From positions 1 through 64,000 of the IMG/VR virus record IMGVR_UViG_3300047554_000536: a stretch of DNA of 64,000 bases. The stretch is one strand, 5' to 3'. The notes under the pieces are model-generated. The model saw only the letters and a list, made by a program, of their open reading frames with translations, searched no databases and was not told where the DNA came from. Position numbers and translations under genes: made by a program. Position 1 is the stretch's first letter. Every line of letters begins with the position of its first letter. The stretch is from a virus. Positions 1-10,638 of this stretch are shown piece after piece.

Positions 1-11
1 CAAAAGGACAG

Positions 12-239
12 TTGGATGTATTAGAGAGCTTGATCCGTAAGGAGCTTGAAGCATACTTACGTGAGAACAAGATCAAATTCAAAAGATTGAACGAACTCGA
101 ATCGACAACCAATGCCGCTGATGATCAAAAGGTTGCAGCACTAAAACAAAAAAAAGCGGACCTAGAAAAAAAAGCTGCACAAAACGATGCTGAGATTGCA
201 AAAATCAAACAGCAGATTGACGCGATAGAGAAGAAGTAA
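12..239 (+). CDS. hypothetical coiled-coil protein, probably 5'-truncated by the window edge
   Basis: Frame is open back to the window start; K/A/Q-rich heptad C-terminus. Confidence 0.6.
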   Translation: MDVLESLIRKELEAYLRENKIKFKRLNELESTTNAADDQKVAALKQKKADLEKKAAQNDAEIAKIKQQIDAIEKK

Positions 240-242
240 TAA

Positions 243-623
243 ATGAGACCACAATTATTGTGCACATTCACGTACGTAGATAAGCTTACTGTTAGCATCG
301 GACAAATATACAAAGCGTATAATGCCGACGATGTTTCTAACATGAAGGTGTATTCCTATGTCCAAACACCAAACAACGTGATTTGTGTATACAATGTGTC
401 AACAAGTGAGAGAAGACTCAAAGACACAATATCGATAAACAGAAAGAAAGATACAAATACCTTTTATAGCATTAATGCACTTAACAGCTTAATTAGAGTT
501 CTAAATAACGGCGTACTAGATAAGTCGTTTGCGATCGAATGGCCAAACTACAAGGACACGCTCCTTTTAGCTGATGGTGAGTTCAACTGCAAGATGATTC
601 AAATAAAAGAGCTAGCAGTATAA
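243..623 (+). CDS. hypothetical phage protein
   Basis: 126 aa ORF tightly packed in the operon. Confidence 0.7.
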   Translation: MRPQLLCTFTYVDKLTVSIGQIYKAYNADDVSNMKVYSYVQTPNNVICVYNVSTSERRLKDTISINRKKDTNTFYSINALNSLIRVLNNGVLDKSFAIEWPNYKDTLLLADGEFNCKMIQIKELAV

Positions 624-782
624 GTTGCTTAATCGAGAAAGGTTGCGTATATTATATAACAGGTAAGGCTATAAGAGTCCAGGGAGGATTTAAAAAAGTT
701 AAGGCACGTAGTTGTCAGTTTGAGAAAAGTTCCCTATATTCGAAGAGTCAATTAAGTTAAACAATTAAAAACAAACAATGTT

Positions 783-1562
783 ATGGCGATCAATCTAGAC
801 GCAATCAAAGCAAAGCTACAAGCTATGCAACAAGCCAGCACTGGCGGGGGTGGAAACAAAGCAAACGAGTTTCTTTGGAAACCACCAGTAGGAAAATCCC
901 AAGTACGTATCGTACCCTACGCATTCGACAAAAACAATCCTTTCATTGAAATGTACTTCCACTACGAGATTGGGAAGCGCACAATGGTATCACCGGTTTC
1001 TTATGGCCGACCTGATCCTATTGTTGAGTTTGCTGAGAAGTTGAAGAAGTCTGGAGATAAAGACGATTGGAAGTTGGGAAAAAAGATCGAACCTAAATTC
1101 CGTGTGTATGTACCAGTAATCGTACGTGGTGCAGAACATGAGGGTGTTAAGTTCTGGTCATTCGGTAAGCAAATCTACACAGAGTTGTTATCTGTAATTG
1201 CTGATCCAGACTATGGTGATATCACAGACTTAATGAATGGTCGTGACTTAACTGTAGAGCACGTTGCTGCAGAGAAAGAGGGAGCCTTCCCATCATTCAC
1301 AGTGCGTGTGAAACCAAACACAACTCCAGCAACAACTGACAAAGAAATTGCGGAGATGATTGTAAACAACCAAAAGAACATCACAGAGTTGTTTACAGAA
1401 TTGAGCTACGAAGAAATGACTGAGGCTTTGCAGAAGTGGTTAGACCCTTCAAGTGAAACAGCTACAGATGGTACTAAGCCAGCTGCTGCAATCACTGGAG
1501 CAACTACTGCTACTAAAGCAGATGACATCACTTCAGCATTTGACTCACTATTTAATACCTAA
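783..1562 (+). CDS. single-stranded DNA-binding protein (T4 gp32-like)
   Basis: FLWKP..G...VRIVP motif, acidic D/F tail (DDITSAFDSLFNT), directly upstream of a RecA-like gene. Confidence 0.8.
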   Translation: MAINLDAIKAKLQAMQQASTGGGGNKANEFLWKPPVGKSQVRIVPYAFDKNNPFIEMYFHYEIGKRTMVSPVSYGRPDPIVEFAEKLKKSGDKDDWKLGKKIEPKFRVYVPVIVRGAEHEGVKFWSFGKQIYTELLSVIADPDYGDITDLMNGRDLTVEHVAAEKEGAFPSFTVRVKPNTTPATTDKEIAEMIVNNQKNITELFTELSYEEMTEALQKWLDPSSETATDGTKPAAAITGATTATKADDITSAFDSLFNT

Positions 1563-1567
1563 AACTT

Positions 1568-2716
1568 ATGGCAAAGCAGACTAATAAGACACCCGATGAA
1601 ATTTCGGGAAGGGACGAACTAGCTTCCTTACTAGCGGATAGCTTAAACAAAAAGTTCAAAGACTTTAAGGCTGCGCATTTCCTAAGTGGAGAGGAAGAAA
1701 CACCAACAGATTTAACAGAATGGGTCGGTACCGGCTCATCTCTGTTAGACCTGGCAATCTCAAACAGACCAGATGGAGGTTTTCCGGTTGGTCGTATTGT
1801 AGAGCTGCAAGGGATGGAAGCTTCCGGAAAGAGTTTAATTGTAGCTCACACATTAGCTAATACGCAGAAGAAAGGTGGACTTGCAGTCTACATTGATACT
1901 GAAAATGCATTAAGCGAAGAGTTCTTACGTGCAGTAGGCGTAGATGTTTCTAACATGCTATACGTACCGCTTGAGACTATTGAAGATGCATTCGAAGCAA
2001 TCGAAAACATTATCGAAACAGTTCGTAAGAGTTCAAAAGATCGATTAGTAACGATTGCACTAGACTCAGTATCAGCTGCAACTACAAAAGTAGAGCAGGA
2101 TGCGGATTACGAAAAAGATGGATGGGCAACTACAAAAGCTATCCTGATGTCAAAAGCAATGCGTAAGATTACAAACATCATTGCAAAGCAGAGAGTGTTA
2201 CTATTATGCACATCTCAGTTGCGTGAAAAGATGGGAGTAATGTTTGGAGACAAGTACACTACATCAGGTGGTAAGGCTTTAGGTTTCCATGCAAGCTGTC
2301 GCATTCGATTGAAGGGGGTTGGTAAACTAAAGAGTGGATCTGGAAAGACTGAGCAAATCATCGGAGTACAGACAGAAGCTCAAGTTATCAAGAACCGTAT
2401 GGGTCCTCCATTCAAGAAAGCTACATTCGATATCTATTTTAATTCTGGTATCGATGACTACAACAGTTGGTTAACGTTGATGAAAGATTATGGTGCATTG
2501 AAGCAAGCGGGAGCTTACTACACACTGGTCAACGAACTAACTGGTGAAGAGATTAAATTTATGTCTAAGGATTGGAGAGGTATGCTCGAAAATGACGAAG
2601 ACTTAAAACAATATTGTTACAAAAAAATCTGCGACATCTTCGTTATGAAGTACCGTGATCAAGATCACATTAACCCAGACGAGATTTCAGTAGATGATGA
2701 AGAGCTAACCGACTAA
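1568..2716 (+). CDS. recA: RecA/UvsX recombinase
   Basis: Walker A GMEASGKS, YIDTENA, DSVSA, SGGKALGFHASCRIRL, VIKNRMGPPFK. Confidence 0.95.
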   Translation: MAKQTNKTPDEISGRDELASLLADSLNKKFKDFKAAHFLSGEEETPTDLTEWVGTGSSLLDLAISNRPDGGFPVGRIVELQGMEASGKSLIVAHTLANTQKKGGLAVYIDTENALSEEFLRAVGVDVSNMLYVPLETIEDAFEAIENIIETVRKSSKDRLVTIALDSVSAATTKVEQDADYEKDGWATTKAILMSKAMRKITNIIAKQRVLLLCTSQLREKMGVMFGDKYTTSGGKALGFHASCRIRLKGVGKLKSGSGKTEQIIGVQTEAQVIKNRMGPPFKKATFDIYFNSGIDDYNSWLTLMKDYGALKQAGAYYTLVNELTGEEIKFMSKDWRGMLENDEDLKQYCYKKICDIFVMKYRDQDHINPDEISVDDEELTD

Positions 2717-3759
2717 TGATAAATAAGTACCAAGCATTAATAAACGAGCTCAAGTTACGACAGAATGAAAGTGAGGCCGTTCACAAAAACTCAAGAGTGT
2801 TGATTGTTGACGGCCTCAACACTTTCATTCGAGCCTATGCCGCAAGTCCAGTCACAAACACCAATGGTGAGCATGTAGGAGGAATCTCAGGATTTCTCCT
2901 AAGTGTAGGCCACGCTATCAAAGCAATCAACCCAACCCGATTGGTCGTTGTATTTGATGGTAAAGATGGCTCTGCTCGCAGGAAGTCGTTGTATCCTGAT
3001 TACAAAGGTAATCGTAAAGTTAAGATTCGATTGAACCGATCAGAGATAGTTGACAAAGAGGATAATCAGTTGCAGCAGTTAATGCGATTGACTGAGTACT
3101 TAGATGTCATGCCAGTAAAAACAATAGTTGTAGATCGTGCAGAAGCTGATGACGTTATTGCATATCTTTCTAATGACTATCTAGCCGACAAAGATTCCCA
3201 CGTATTCATTATGTCTTCCGATAAAGACTTTATGCAGCTGGTTGATGACCGGGTACATATTTGGAGTCCGACTAAGAAGCAGATGTTTTATCATGCGGAT
3301 GTTGTTGAGCAGTTTGGAATCATTCCAGAAAACTTTGCTTTGTATAGAGCTTTGACTGGAGATAACAGTGATAACATTCCAGGAGTGAATGGTGTTGGAA
3401 CGAAGACTTTGTTGGATAAGTTTCCTAAAGTAGCCGACACACCAATGACTGTGGATGAGTTTCTAGATTACACTAGAGAGCTGCAAGCTACCAACAAAGC
3501 AAAGGTCTATGAGAAGGTATTACAATCTGAAACGGAATTGCGACTCTACTTCGAGATTGTTCAGTTAGGTGTGAGTAACATCAATACGAGTAATAAGATG
3601 AAGATCATGGATATGATGGAACAGCCGGTGGATAGATTGGCTAAGATGAAATTTCATCAGATGCTTGTACTTGATGGTATGACTAACGCAATTAAGAGTG
3701 TTGAAATGTGGCTTCGCGAAACAACTTCGAAACTTGATCAATATTGTTTGCAAGATTAG
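2716..3759 (+). CDS. 5'-3' exonuclease / flap endonuclease (PolI N-terminal, T4 RNase H-like)
   Basis: LIVDGLN, YKGNR, EADDVIA, SSDKDFMQL, GDNSDNIPGVNGVGTKT (H3TH). Confidence 0.93.
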   Translation: MINKYQALINELKLRQNESEAVHKNSRVLIVDGLNTFIRAYAASPVTNTNGEHVGGISGFLLSVGHAIKAINPTRLVVVFDGKDGSARRKSLYPDYKGNRKVKIRLNRSEIVDKEDNQLQQLMRLTEYLDVMPVKTIVVDRAEADDVIAYLSNDYLADKDSHVFIMSSDKDFMQLVDDRVHIWSPTKKQMFYHADVVEQFGIIPENFALYRALTGDNSDNIPGVNGVGTKTLLDKFPKVADTPMTVDEFLDYTRELQATNKAKVYEKVLQSETELRLYFEIVQLGVSNINTSNKMKIMDMMEQPVDRLAKMKFHQMLVLDGMTNAIKSVEMWLRETTSKLDQYCLQD

Positions 3760-3782
3760 AAAAAATTTCGTAAGGTTATAGT

Positions 3783-5150
3783 ATGCAAGTAGAAGATACA
3801 TTACAATTTTATGGATCAGCGTTTCAAAACAAAGTCCTATCCATATTAATCAAAGACAGAACTTTCTTACAGCAGGTTCATGATATTATCGATCCTCGAT
3901 TCTTTTCGTCAGAGTCTGCTCAATGGCTTGCGAAGACTACCTTAGAGTATTTCAATACATACAAGTCGCCACCTACCTTAGAGGTATTGAAGGTGGAGTT
4001 GGATAAAGTCGATGTCGACTTATTAAAGACAACTGTCGTAGAGAACATTAGAGAGGTTTTGAAATTCGCAGATGCAGAAGATAGTGATTACATTAAAGAT
4101 AAAACACTAGACTTCTGCAAGAATCAAAAACTAAAAGCAGCTATCTTGAAATCTGTCGAACTTCTCAAGTCAGGGAAGTACGATGAGATTAAGAGTGGTA
4201 TTGATGAAGCAATGAAGGCAGGTGCTGATAAGAATATCGGTCACGATTATATTGATGACATTGCTTTACGTTTTGTTGAGAATAAGAGAAACACTATCGA
4301 GACACCGTGGGATGTAATTAATGAGATTATGGATGGTGGATTGGGTACTGGTGAGATGGGAGTGTTTGTAGCTCCGGCTGGTATTGGTAAGTCGATGGCA
4401 TTAGTAAACATTGCTGCTTATGCAGCTAAGAAAGGGCTGAATGTCATTTACTATACGCTAGAGCTTTCTGAGACTTATGTAGGAGCTCGCTTTGACTCTC
4501 ACTACTCAGGTATTCCTTCTCAAGACTTGAAGTATCATCAGGAAGAGGTTATTGAAGCTATCAAAGGAGTTAAGGGTAAATTAGTTGTAAAGTATTACCC
4601 AACTAAGACTGCATCAGTTAATACAATATCAGCACATCTAGATAAGTGTATCATGCAGGGTATTAAACCAGATGTTGTTCTTGTTGACTACGCTGACTTG
4701 TTGAGAGATACTGGTGTGAAGGGGTCGGTACGAAATGACATCATGCTAGGAAACATTTATGAAGAGTTGCGTGGATTAGCTGGAACATATCAAGTACCTT
4801 TGTATACAGCATCGCAAGCAAACCGATCAGCTCTTGAAGAGGATGTTATTGAAGCAGATAAGATTGCTGAATCGTATGCTAAGGTGATGGTTGCTGACTT
4901 TGTAGTATCGCTATCTCGTAAGACGGCTGATAAGATTAGCGGTACTGGTAGATGGCACGTTATCAAGAATCGATTCGGACCAGATGGATTGACCTTCCCA
5001 AGTAAGATGAATATGGCTACAGCTAAGATTGATATCTATGCGGAAAACACAGTAATGGGTAAAGAAGCTAAGCAATTGATGCAGAACGAAGATGAGGTAG
5101 TAAGAAAAGCCTTGGCCAATAAATTTTCTGAATTAAACACGTTAATTTGA
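3783..5150 (+). CDS. replicative DNA helicase (DnaB / T4 gp41-like)
   Basis: Walker A APAGIGKS, YTLELSE, VDYADLL, TASQANR, KNRFGPDG. Confidence 0.92.
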   Translation: MQVEDTLQFYGSAFQNKVLSILIKDRTFLQQVHDIIDPRFFSSESAQWLAKTTLEYFNTYKSPPTLEVLKVELDKVDVDLLKTTVVENIREVLKFADAEDSDYIKDKTLDFCKNQKLKAAILKSVELLKSGKYDEIKSGIDEAMKAGADKNIGHDYIDDIALRFVENKRNTIETPWDVINEIMDGGLGTGEMGVFVAPAGIGKSMALVNIAAYAAKKGLNVIYYTLELSETYVGARFDSHYSGIPSQDLKYHQEEVIEAIKGVKGKLVVKYYPTKTASVNTISAHLDKCIMQGIKPDVVLVDYADLLRDTGVKGSVRNDIMLGNIYEELRGLAGTYQVPLYTASQANRSALEEDVIEADKIAESYAKVMVADFVVSLSRKTADKISGTGRWHVIKNRFGPDGLTFPSKMNMATAKIDIYAENTVMGKEAKQLMQNEDEVVRKALANKFSELNTLI

Positions 5151-5182
5151 GAAAAAAACGCATTGAGACACATTTTTCGCAA

Positions 5183-5190
5183 TATTTATA
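5183..5190 (+). promoter_or_regulatory. TATTTATA motif, putative phage-specific promoter (also at 8171, 19522, 23992, 40101, 45732)
   Basis: Same octamer found in six intergenic gaps, 4-65 nt before start codons. Confidence 0.55.
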
Positions 5191-5221
5191 CACATACTAA
5201 TTTATACAACATTCAAAATCT

Positions 5222-7081
5222 ATGATGACATTATCTAACGAGATCCTTAGTGAGATCACGGTTTTTATGAAATACGCCAAGTACATTCCTGAGCTACAAC
5301 GAAGAGAGACATGGGAAGAGTTGGTAACACGCAACAAGAACATGCACCTTAAAAAATATCCCAACCTAGCGGAAGAGATAGAAGAGGTTTACAAAATGGT
5401 GTATGCTAAAAAGATTTTGCCATCAATGAGGTCTATGCAGTTTGCAGGAAAGCCAATTGAGATTTCTCCTAACAGAGTTTACAATTGCGCTTACTTGCCA
5501 ATCGATGACTATCGTGCATTTGGTGAAGCAATGTTCCTATTACTTGGAGGAACAGGTGTTGGGTACTCAGTACAAAAACACCACGTAGAAGCTCTTCCAG
5601 AGATTCGCAAACCAAGTAGCAAGCGTACAAAACGATTCTTAATTGCTGACTCTATCGAAGGATGGGCAGATGCAGTTAAGGCTCTTATCAAAAGTTACTT
5701 TCACGGAACATCTCGTATGGAGTTTGACTTTTCAGACATTCGTCCAAAAGGTGCTCGTCTAGTCACATCTGGCGGTAAAGCTCCAGGTGCACAACCGCTA
5801 AAAGAGTGTCTTGTGAAGGTTCAAGGTATTTTAGATGCAAAAGAAAATGGAGACAAATTATCACCAATTGAAGTACATGACATCGTATGTCATATTGCGG
5901 ATGCAGTCCTTGCCGGAGGTATTCGTAGAGCAGCTCTTATTAGCTTGTTTAGTGCTGACGACGATGAAATGATCGCTTGCAAATCAGGTAACTGGTGGGA
6001 AACCAATCCACAACGTGGACGTGCAAACAACTCAGCTGTATTGATGAGACACAAACTTACCAAAGAGTTCTTTATGGATATCTGGAAGCGTGTTGAATTA
6101 TCAGGAGCAGGAGAGCCAGGTATCTATTTGACTAACGACAAAGACTGGGGAACTAACCCATGCTGTGAGATTGCACTACGTCCATTCCAATTCTGTAACT
6201 TGTGTGAGGTAAACGTATCGGATATTGAATCACAAGAAGACTTGAATGCTCGTGTAAAAGCAGCGTCATTTATTGGAACACTGCAAGCAGGCTACACAAA
6301 CTTCCACTACCTACGTGACGTATGGAGACGTACAACTGAGAAGGATGCATTAATCGGAGTGTCTATGACTGGTATCGGATCTGGTACAGTATTAGGATAC
6401 AACATGAAAGAAGCAGCTAAAGTTGTTAAGGAAGAAAACATTCGTGTAGCAGAGTTGATCGGTATCAACAAGTCAGCTCGTACGACAACTGTTAAACCAG
6501 CTGGTACTACATCACTAACATTAGGAACAAGCTCAGGTATTCACGCATGGCATAACGACTTCTACATCCGTCGTATTCGCGTAGGAAAGAATGAAGCAAT
6601 TTATAGCTACCTTGCAATCAATCACCCAGAGTTAGTTGAAGATGAGTACTTCCGTCCACATGACACAGCAGTAATCTCTATTCCACAAAAAGCACCAGAA
6701 GGAGCGATCCTAAGAACAGAATCACCTTTCCAATTGCTAGAGCGTATTAAGAAAGTACATTTGGAGTGGGTTAAACCAGGACATCGTTCAGGAAACAATA
6801 CACACAACGTATCTGCTACAGTATCATTAAGAGATGAGGAGTGGGATATGGCTGGTGAGTGGATGTGGGAGAACCGCGATCACTACAACGGTCTATCAGT
6901 ATTACCTTTCAATGGTGGTACATATACTCAAGCTCCTTTCGAAGATTGTACGGAGGAAGTTTACGAAGAGATGATGAAATCATTGCACAGCATTGACTTA
7001 TCCAAAGTGATTGAGTTAGATGACACAACAGACCTTAAAGGTGAGGCAGCTTGTGCAGGTGGTGCATGCGAAATCGTGTAA
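5222..7081 (+). CDS. nrdJ: class II (adenosylcobalamin-dependent) ribonucleotide reductase
   Basis: NCAY, GGTGVGYS, GTNPCCEI, TTVKPAGT, C-terminal ACAGGACEIV; no beta subunit nearby. Confidence 0.9.
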   Translation: MMTLSNEILSEITVFMKYAKYIPELQRRETWEELVTRNKNMHLKKYPNLAEEIEEVYKMVYAKKILPSMRSMQFAGKPIEISPNRVYNCAYLPIDDYRAFGEAMFLLLGGTGVGYSVQKHHVEALPEIRKPSSKRTKRFLIADSIEGWADAVKALIKSYFHGTSRMEFDFSDIRPKGARLVTSGGKAPGAQPLKECLVKVQGILDAKENGDKLSPIEVHDIVCHIADAVLAGGIRRAALISLFSADDDEMIACKSGNWWETNPQRGRANNSAVLMRHKLTKEFFMDIWKRVELSGAGEPGIYLTNDKDWGTNPCCEIALRPFQFCNLCEVNVSDIESQEDLNARVKAASFIGTLQAGYTNFHYLRDVWRRTTEKDALIGVSMTGIGSGTVLGYNMKEAAKVVKEENIRVAELIGINKSARTTTVKPAGTTSLTLGTSSGIHAWHNDFYIRRIRVGKNEAIYSYLAINHPELVEDEYFRPHDTAVISIPQKAPEGAILRTESPFQLLERIKKVHLEWVKPGHRSGNNTHNVSATVSLRDEEWDMAGEWMWENRDHYNGLSVLPFNGGTYTQAPFEDCTEEVYEEMMKSLHSIDLSKVIELDDTTDLKGEAACAGGACEIV

Positions 7082-7082
7082 G

Positions 7083-7277
7083 ATGGTTTCGCCGAGTGAG
7101 GACTGGATCTTCCAGCTATATGTAGAGAAGCTTTCAAAGCCAAAACTACAACCTGACGATTTCTACTATGAAGATGGTAGAATGGTGATGACAGAAACAT
7201 ATCATAAACGTAGAGGACGGTGCTGCAACAATGGTTGCAGACACTGCCCCTACAAAGTAAATAAAACAGAACAATGA
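7083..7277 (+). CDS. small Cys-rich protein (DUF5522-like)
   Basis: DFYYEDGRMVMTETYHKRRGRCCNNGCRHCPY; ATG at 7083 follows the nrdJ stop. Confidence 0.7.
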   Translation: MVSPSEDWIFQLYVEKLSKPKLQPDDFYYEDGRMVMTETYHKRRGRCCNNGCRHCPYKVNKTEQ

Positions 7278-7558
7278 TACTAGGAATGACAGAAGGACCA
7301 CTTGTAACCGAGTTGCAAGCCAAATTAAATGTAGAAGCCAATGGGTCGTACGATAGAGCTACACAGTTAGCTGTATTGGGTTGGCAGTTATCAATGGGAT
7401 GGCCAGCAAATGGTCTAGTAGATGAAGCGATGTGGATCGAATTATTTGGATCACTTCCTTCAACAAAAACAAAATTTAATCCTAACGCAAAGGACTCGGA
7501 TGGTGATGGTAAAGTACAAGAAGGAACACCCTTTGAAAGACCAGCAACCGAAAAATGA
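7274..7558 (+). CDS. peptidoglycan-binding-domain-like protein
   Basis: GPLVTELQAKL..ANGSYDRATQLAVLGWQ..ANGLVD pattern of PG_binding_1. Confidence 0.6.
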   Translation: MILGMTEGPLVTELQAKLNVEANGSYDRATQLAVLGWQLSMGWPANGLVDEAMWIELFGSLPSTKTKFNPNAKDSDGDGKVQEGTPFERPATEK

Positions 7559-7746
7559 GAGACGCAGTCCCTTTAATAGGTAAGCACGTCGTAGTCGGCG
7601 AGACCTTATTTAGAATTGAGGATTTTTACTACGTGCCAGGAAACAAAGAAACCTATGTCAAGTTGTACAACGAGAAAGGTAAGTACTGGCTGAATTACGA
7701 GTTATCAAAACTTAGAGAGTTTATAGAAGATCAAATCACTTTATGA
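7555..7746 (+). CDS. hypothetical protein
   Basis: ATGA overlaps with both neighbours. Confidence 0.6.
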   Translation: MRDAVPLIGKHVVVGETLFRIEDFYYVPGNKETYVKLYNEKGKYWLNYELSKLREFIEDQITL

Positions 7747-8168
7747 AAGTAGCAGTTAAAAAATTACACCCCAACGCAGTCATACCAACATATGCTAAAC
7801 CAGGAGACGCTGGATTAGACTTAACAGCAGTAGAGGTTATCAACGATGAGGGATTCCAAATCACATACAAAACTGGATTGGCATTTGAAATCCCATTAGG
7901 TTATGTTGGATTAATCTTTCCAAGAAGTTCAGTACGCAATCAGCAAATAATGCTATCAAATTGTGTAGGAGTTATTGACTCAGGGTACCGAGGAGAGATA
8001 GAGTTTACGTTTAATAAATTGTCTGGCATTCCATCAAGACGTTATGGCGTTGGCGATAGAGTGGGTCAGATGATCATCATGCCTTATCCAGATATTGAGT
8101 TGGTAGAGATGGATGCATTATCTGAGACTGAGCGAGGTGAAGGTGGCTTTGGATCTTCTGGAAACTAG
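7743..8168 (+). CDS. dut: trimeric dUTPase
   Basis: AGLDL, PRSS, GVIDSGYRGEI, RGEGGFGSSG. Confidence 0.95.
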   Translation: MKVAVKKLHPNAVIPTYAKPGDAGLDLTAVEVINDEGFQITYKTGLAFEIPLGYVGLIFPRSSVRNQQIMLSNCVGVIDSGYRGEIEFTFNKLSGIPSRRYGVGDRVGQMIIMPYPDIELVEMDALSETERGEGGFGSSGN

Positions 8169-8191
8169 ACTATTTATATTAAACATAAGAA

Positions 8192-8734
8192 ATGGAATTA
8201 CCACAATCAACAGTAGTAAAAGTGACATCCGAACAATCACAAGTTCTTTTACCAAAGACGCTTAACGAGGATGTTGTCAATGCTTTGAATAGCACATTAG
8301 GTGAGGAATATGCAGCACATTATTTTTATAGAAACGCTGCTAACTGGTGTAAAGGAGTTGCTTATCTAAAAGCAGCTGCCTTCTTTGAAGCTGAAGCTAA
8401 TGCAGAATTAGAGCACGCTGTAAAGATTCAAAACTACTTAGTAGATTGGAATGCAAATCCAGTAATACCAGCAGTCAAATTCTCAGGTAAGTTTGATGGT
8501 TTAATTGACGTTGTCAATAAAGCTTACAACATGGAGTTTGATTTAGGAGATAAGTACAATAAAATCTCCACGGCTATGTTTACAGCTCACTTACCTACGT
8601 TCGATTTCTTAACAGAGTTTAGAACTATCCAGGTTCAATCAATAGCTGAATACTCAGATTTACTAAATGCTGCACAATTAGTTGATGTATCAAATAAACT
8701 AGACTTACTACATTATGAAGAGAGATACTTCTAA
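8192..8734 (+). CDS. ferritin
   Basis: EEYAAHYFY, FFEAEANAELEHA ferroxidase-type helices, 180 aa. Confidence 0.8.
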   Translation: MELPQSTVVKVTSEQSQVLLPKTLNEDVVNALNSTLGEEYAAHYFYRNAANWCKGVAYLKAAAFFEAEANAELEHAVKIQNYLVDWNANPVIPAVKFSGKFDGLIDVVNKAYNMEFDLGDKYNKISTAMFTAHLPTFDFLTEFRTIQVQSIAEYSDLLNAAQLVDVSNKLDLLHYEERYF

Positions 8735-10091
8735 CCAATCTATCATAGATTTAGACTTACACCTTAGGACACGCAAACCGTCGAAGATTGAAACTAAGAT
8801 AAAAGATTTTAGTGCACCATCCATCGATTGGGATGACGTTCTATTGGAGTGGTCTTTTAGGTTACCAAAGGGTTATCCTACAATGGTGGATGGAGTATTC
8901 TCAAGCAAAAGTGAACTACAGATATTGCAGGAGGTGCTAGCAGAGAGAGGTATTACAGATGTACCTGATTTCGCTAACATGGCACCAGTAAAAGCAAAAA
9001 AAGCAGAGCCAATTCAAGAAGAGGCTGGATTTAGTAAGGATGAGTTGATTAAGATAATTAAAACAACAGACCTATCCGAAAGAGACTTGGTTCGTATAAC
9101 TCGAATCGTAGATTCACTATCATCAGAGGATGGTATCTTAGACCTTCTTGCATCGCAGAAAAACTTCGATAAGACAAGTAGTACGCAGATATTTCGTATG
9201 GCTACAGAGTCTGGTGACTACAGACAGTTGTTAGAGTTGCTAAACGATACAGCAAAGCAGGTTGATGTAGATTCATTACCACAAACTGGAAACATTATCG
9301 ATATGATTAAGGATAGTGGTGTATCACGAGAGTTTGCTAAAGAGATGTCAAACATGGTTCCATACACTTCTGTGAAGATGGGACGCTACGAGATGTTCTT
9401 GAGATTGTTTCTACGAGGTGGGCAATCGCCAACAGTAAAGGGTGACGTAGAGGTTAATGGTAAAGAGATGGAGGTTAAGTCAACTATCTCAAAAGGGTCT
9501 GGATTCCGTTTAAGAGGTAACTCCGGTTATGGTAACGGAAAGCAAGTTCAGTTGAGTTTCATGAAGCAGTTGGTTGCACTCTACGGAGTTGGTGGTCCTA
9601 ATCATGGTGGATCACAAAATATACCAAAATTTATTCTAGAAGCCTATAAACAACAGAACGGTCAAATGTGGTATGGTACTAAGGATAGTTGGGCTGTGTT
9701 AGCTAATAAGGAATTGATTGATAGTGGTCTTGCAACTAAGGAAGATCTAATCAATATGTGGGGAACAGCTTTATCCGATCTATATCCAAATACAACACCT
9801 GAATCAGTGGGTAAGTTCATTGGACCAGCCTTTGGTGATGATGGTAGTGTTGATATGAAAAGTGTAGCTTCTAGATTGGCAGCTTATGAGTTTACAATCT
9901 ATCGAATGAAAGAGGGCTTTGATTACTTTATTGCTCTCAACTACCAAGACAACTATGGATTCATTTCTCCAGAACTTACGGGAGAAGGTTTGGTAAAATT
10001 GTTTGCCAACGAGTTCAAAGTAGTGTCATTACCAAACACTAAGAACAACTCAACGCCACAAGATTCAATGTGTGCCATAGAGTTGGCATAA
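8715..10091 (+). CDS. hypothetical protein with possible PD-(D/E)xK nuclease-like motif
   Basis: 458 aa; KGDVEVNGKEMEVKS resembles D...ExK. Confidence 0.55.
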   Translation: MKRDTSNQSIIDLDLHLRTRKPSKIETKIKDFSAPSIDWDDVLLEWSFRLPKGYPTMVDGVFSSKSELQILQEVLAERGITDVPDFANMAPVKAKKAEPIQEEAGFSKDELIKIIKTTDLSERDLVRITRIVDSLSSEDGILDLLASQKNFDKTSSTQIFRMATESGDYRQLLELLNDTAKQVDVDSLPQTGNIIDMIKDSGVSREFAKEMSNMVPYTSVKMGRYEMFLRLFLRGGQSPTVKGDVEVNGKEMEVKSTISKGSGFRLRGNSGYGNGKQVQLSFMKQLVALYGVGGPNHGGSQNIPKFILEAYKQQNGQMWYGTKDSWAVLANKELIDSGLATKEDLINMWGTALSDLYPNTTPESVGKFIGPAFGDDGSVDMKSVASRLAAYEFTIYRMKEGFDYFIALNYQDNYGFISPELTGEGLVKLFANEFKVVSLPNTKNNSTPQDSMCAIELA

Positions 10092-10110
10092 TAAAAAAAA
10101 ATAAAACAGA

Positions 10111-10137
10111 AAAGGCTTGCTAACGCGAGCCTTTTTT
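10111..10137 (+). terminator. intrinsic terminator
   Basis: aaaggcttgc-taac-gcgagccttt followed by a T tract. Confidence 0.75.
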
Positions 10138-10167
10138 AGTATATTTGTATTCACATACAACATACAC

Positions 10168-10638
10168 ATGAGTCGTTTCAATTGGTGGAGAAGGGGAAGA
10201 AAGAAGCCACTTCTCAAAAGAAAAGATGCCCTTAAAGGCAGATCGTTTTTGTTACAACAAATAGAGCATGGTGACTTTGACCATAGCGACTACCTACGTC
10301 AAGCAAAGTACGAGTTAACTTTATGTAAACAAGAGCAGAAGAAAGTGACCAGTAAATGGGTTGCTAGTGCTGAGAGTTTGCAAGAAAAGCTGATTGAAGT
10401 TGAACGCAAATATATAAAGCGTTACAACAAACTGATGGAAGACTATCACGAAGAGGAGACTAAATTATTAGCCCTTCTTGCAGAAAGATTAGCAATCGAG
10501 TTTGGTGTTGATTGTTGGGATGAAGCTTTAGCAGCTGACCCGAATCAAGACTTAATTCAACTCTATCACAATTACAAAAAAATCGCAAATAAAAAGTTAC
10601 AATATGCACAACATCAAACACAAAAATGTAGTAATTGA
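10168..10638 (+). CDS. hypothetical protein (start moved to ATG 10168)
   Basis: The TTG start at 10117 lies within the terminator/promoter; ATG 10168 has an A-rich leader. Confidence 0.65.
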   Translation: MSRFNWWRRGRKKPLLKRKDALKGRSFLLQQIEHGDFDHSDYLRQAKYELTLCKQEQKKVTSKWVASAESLQEKLIEVERKYIKRYNKLMEDYHEEETKLLALLAERLAIEFGVDCWDEALAADPNQDLIQLYHNYKKIANKKLQYAQHQTQKCSN

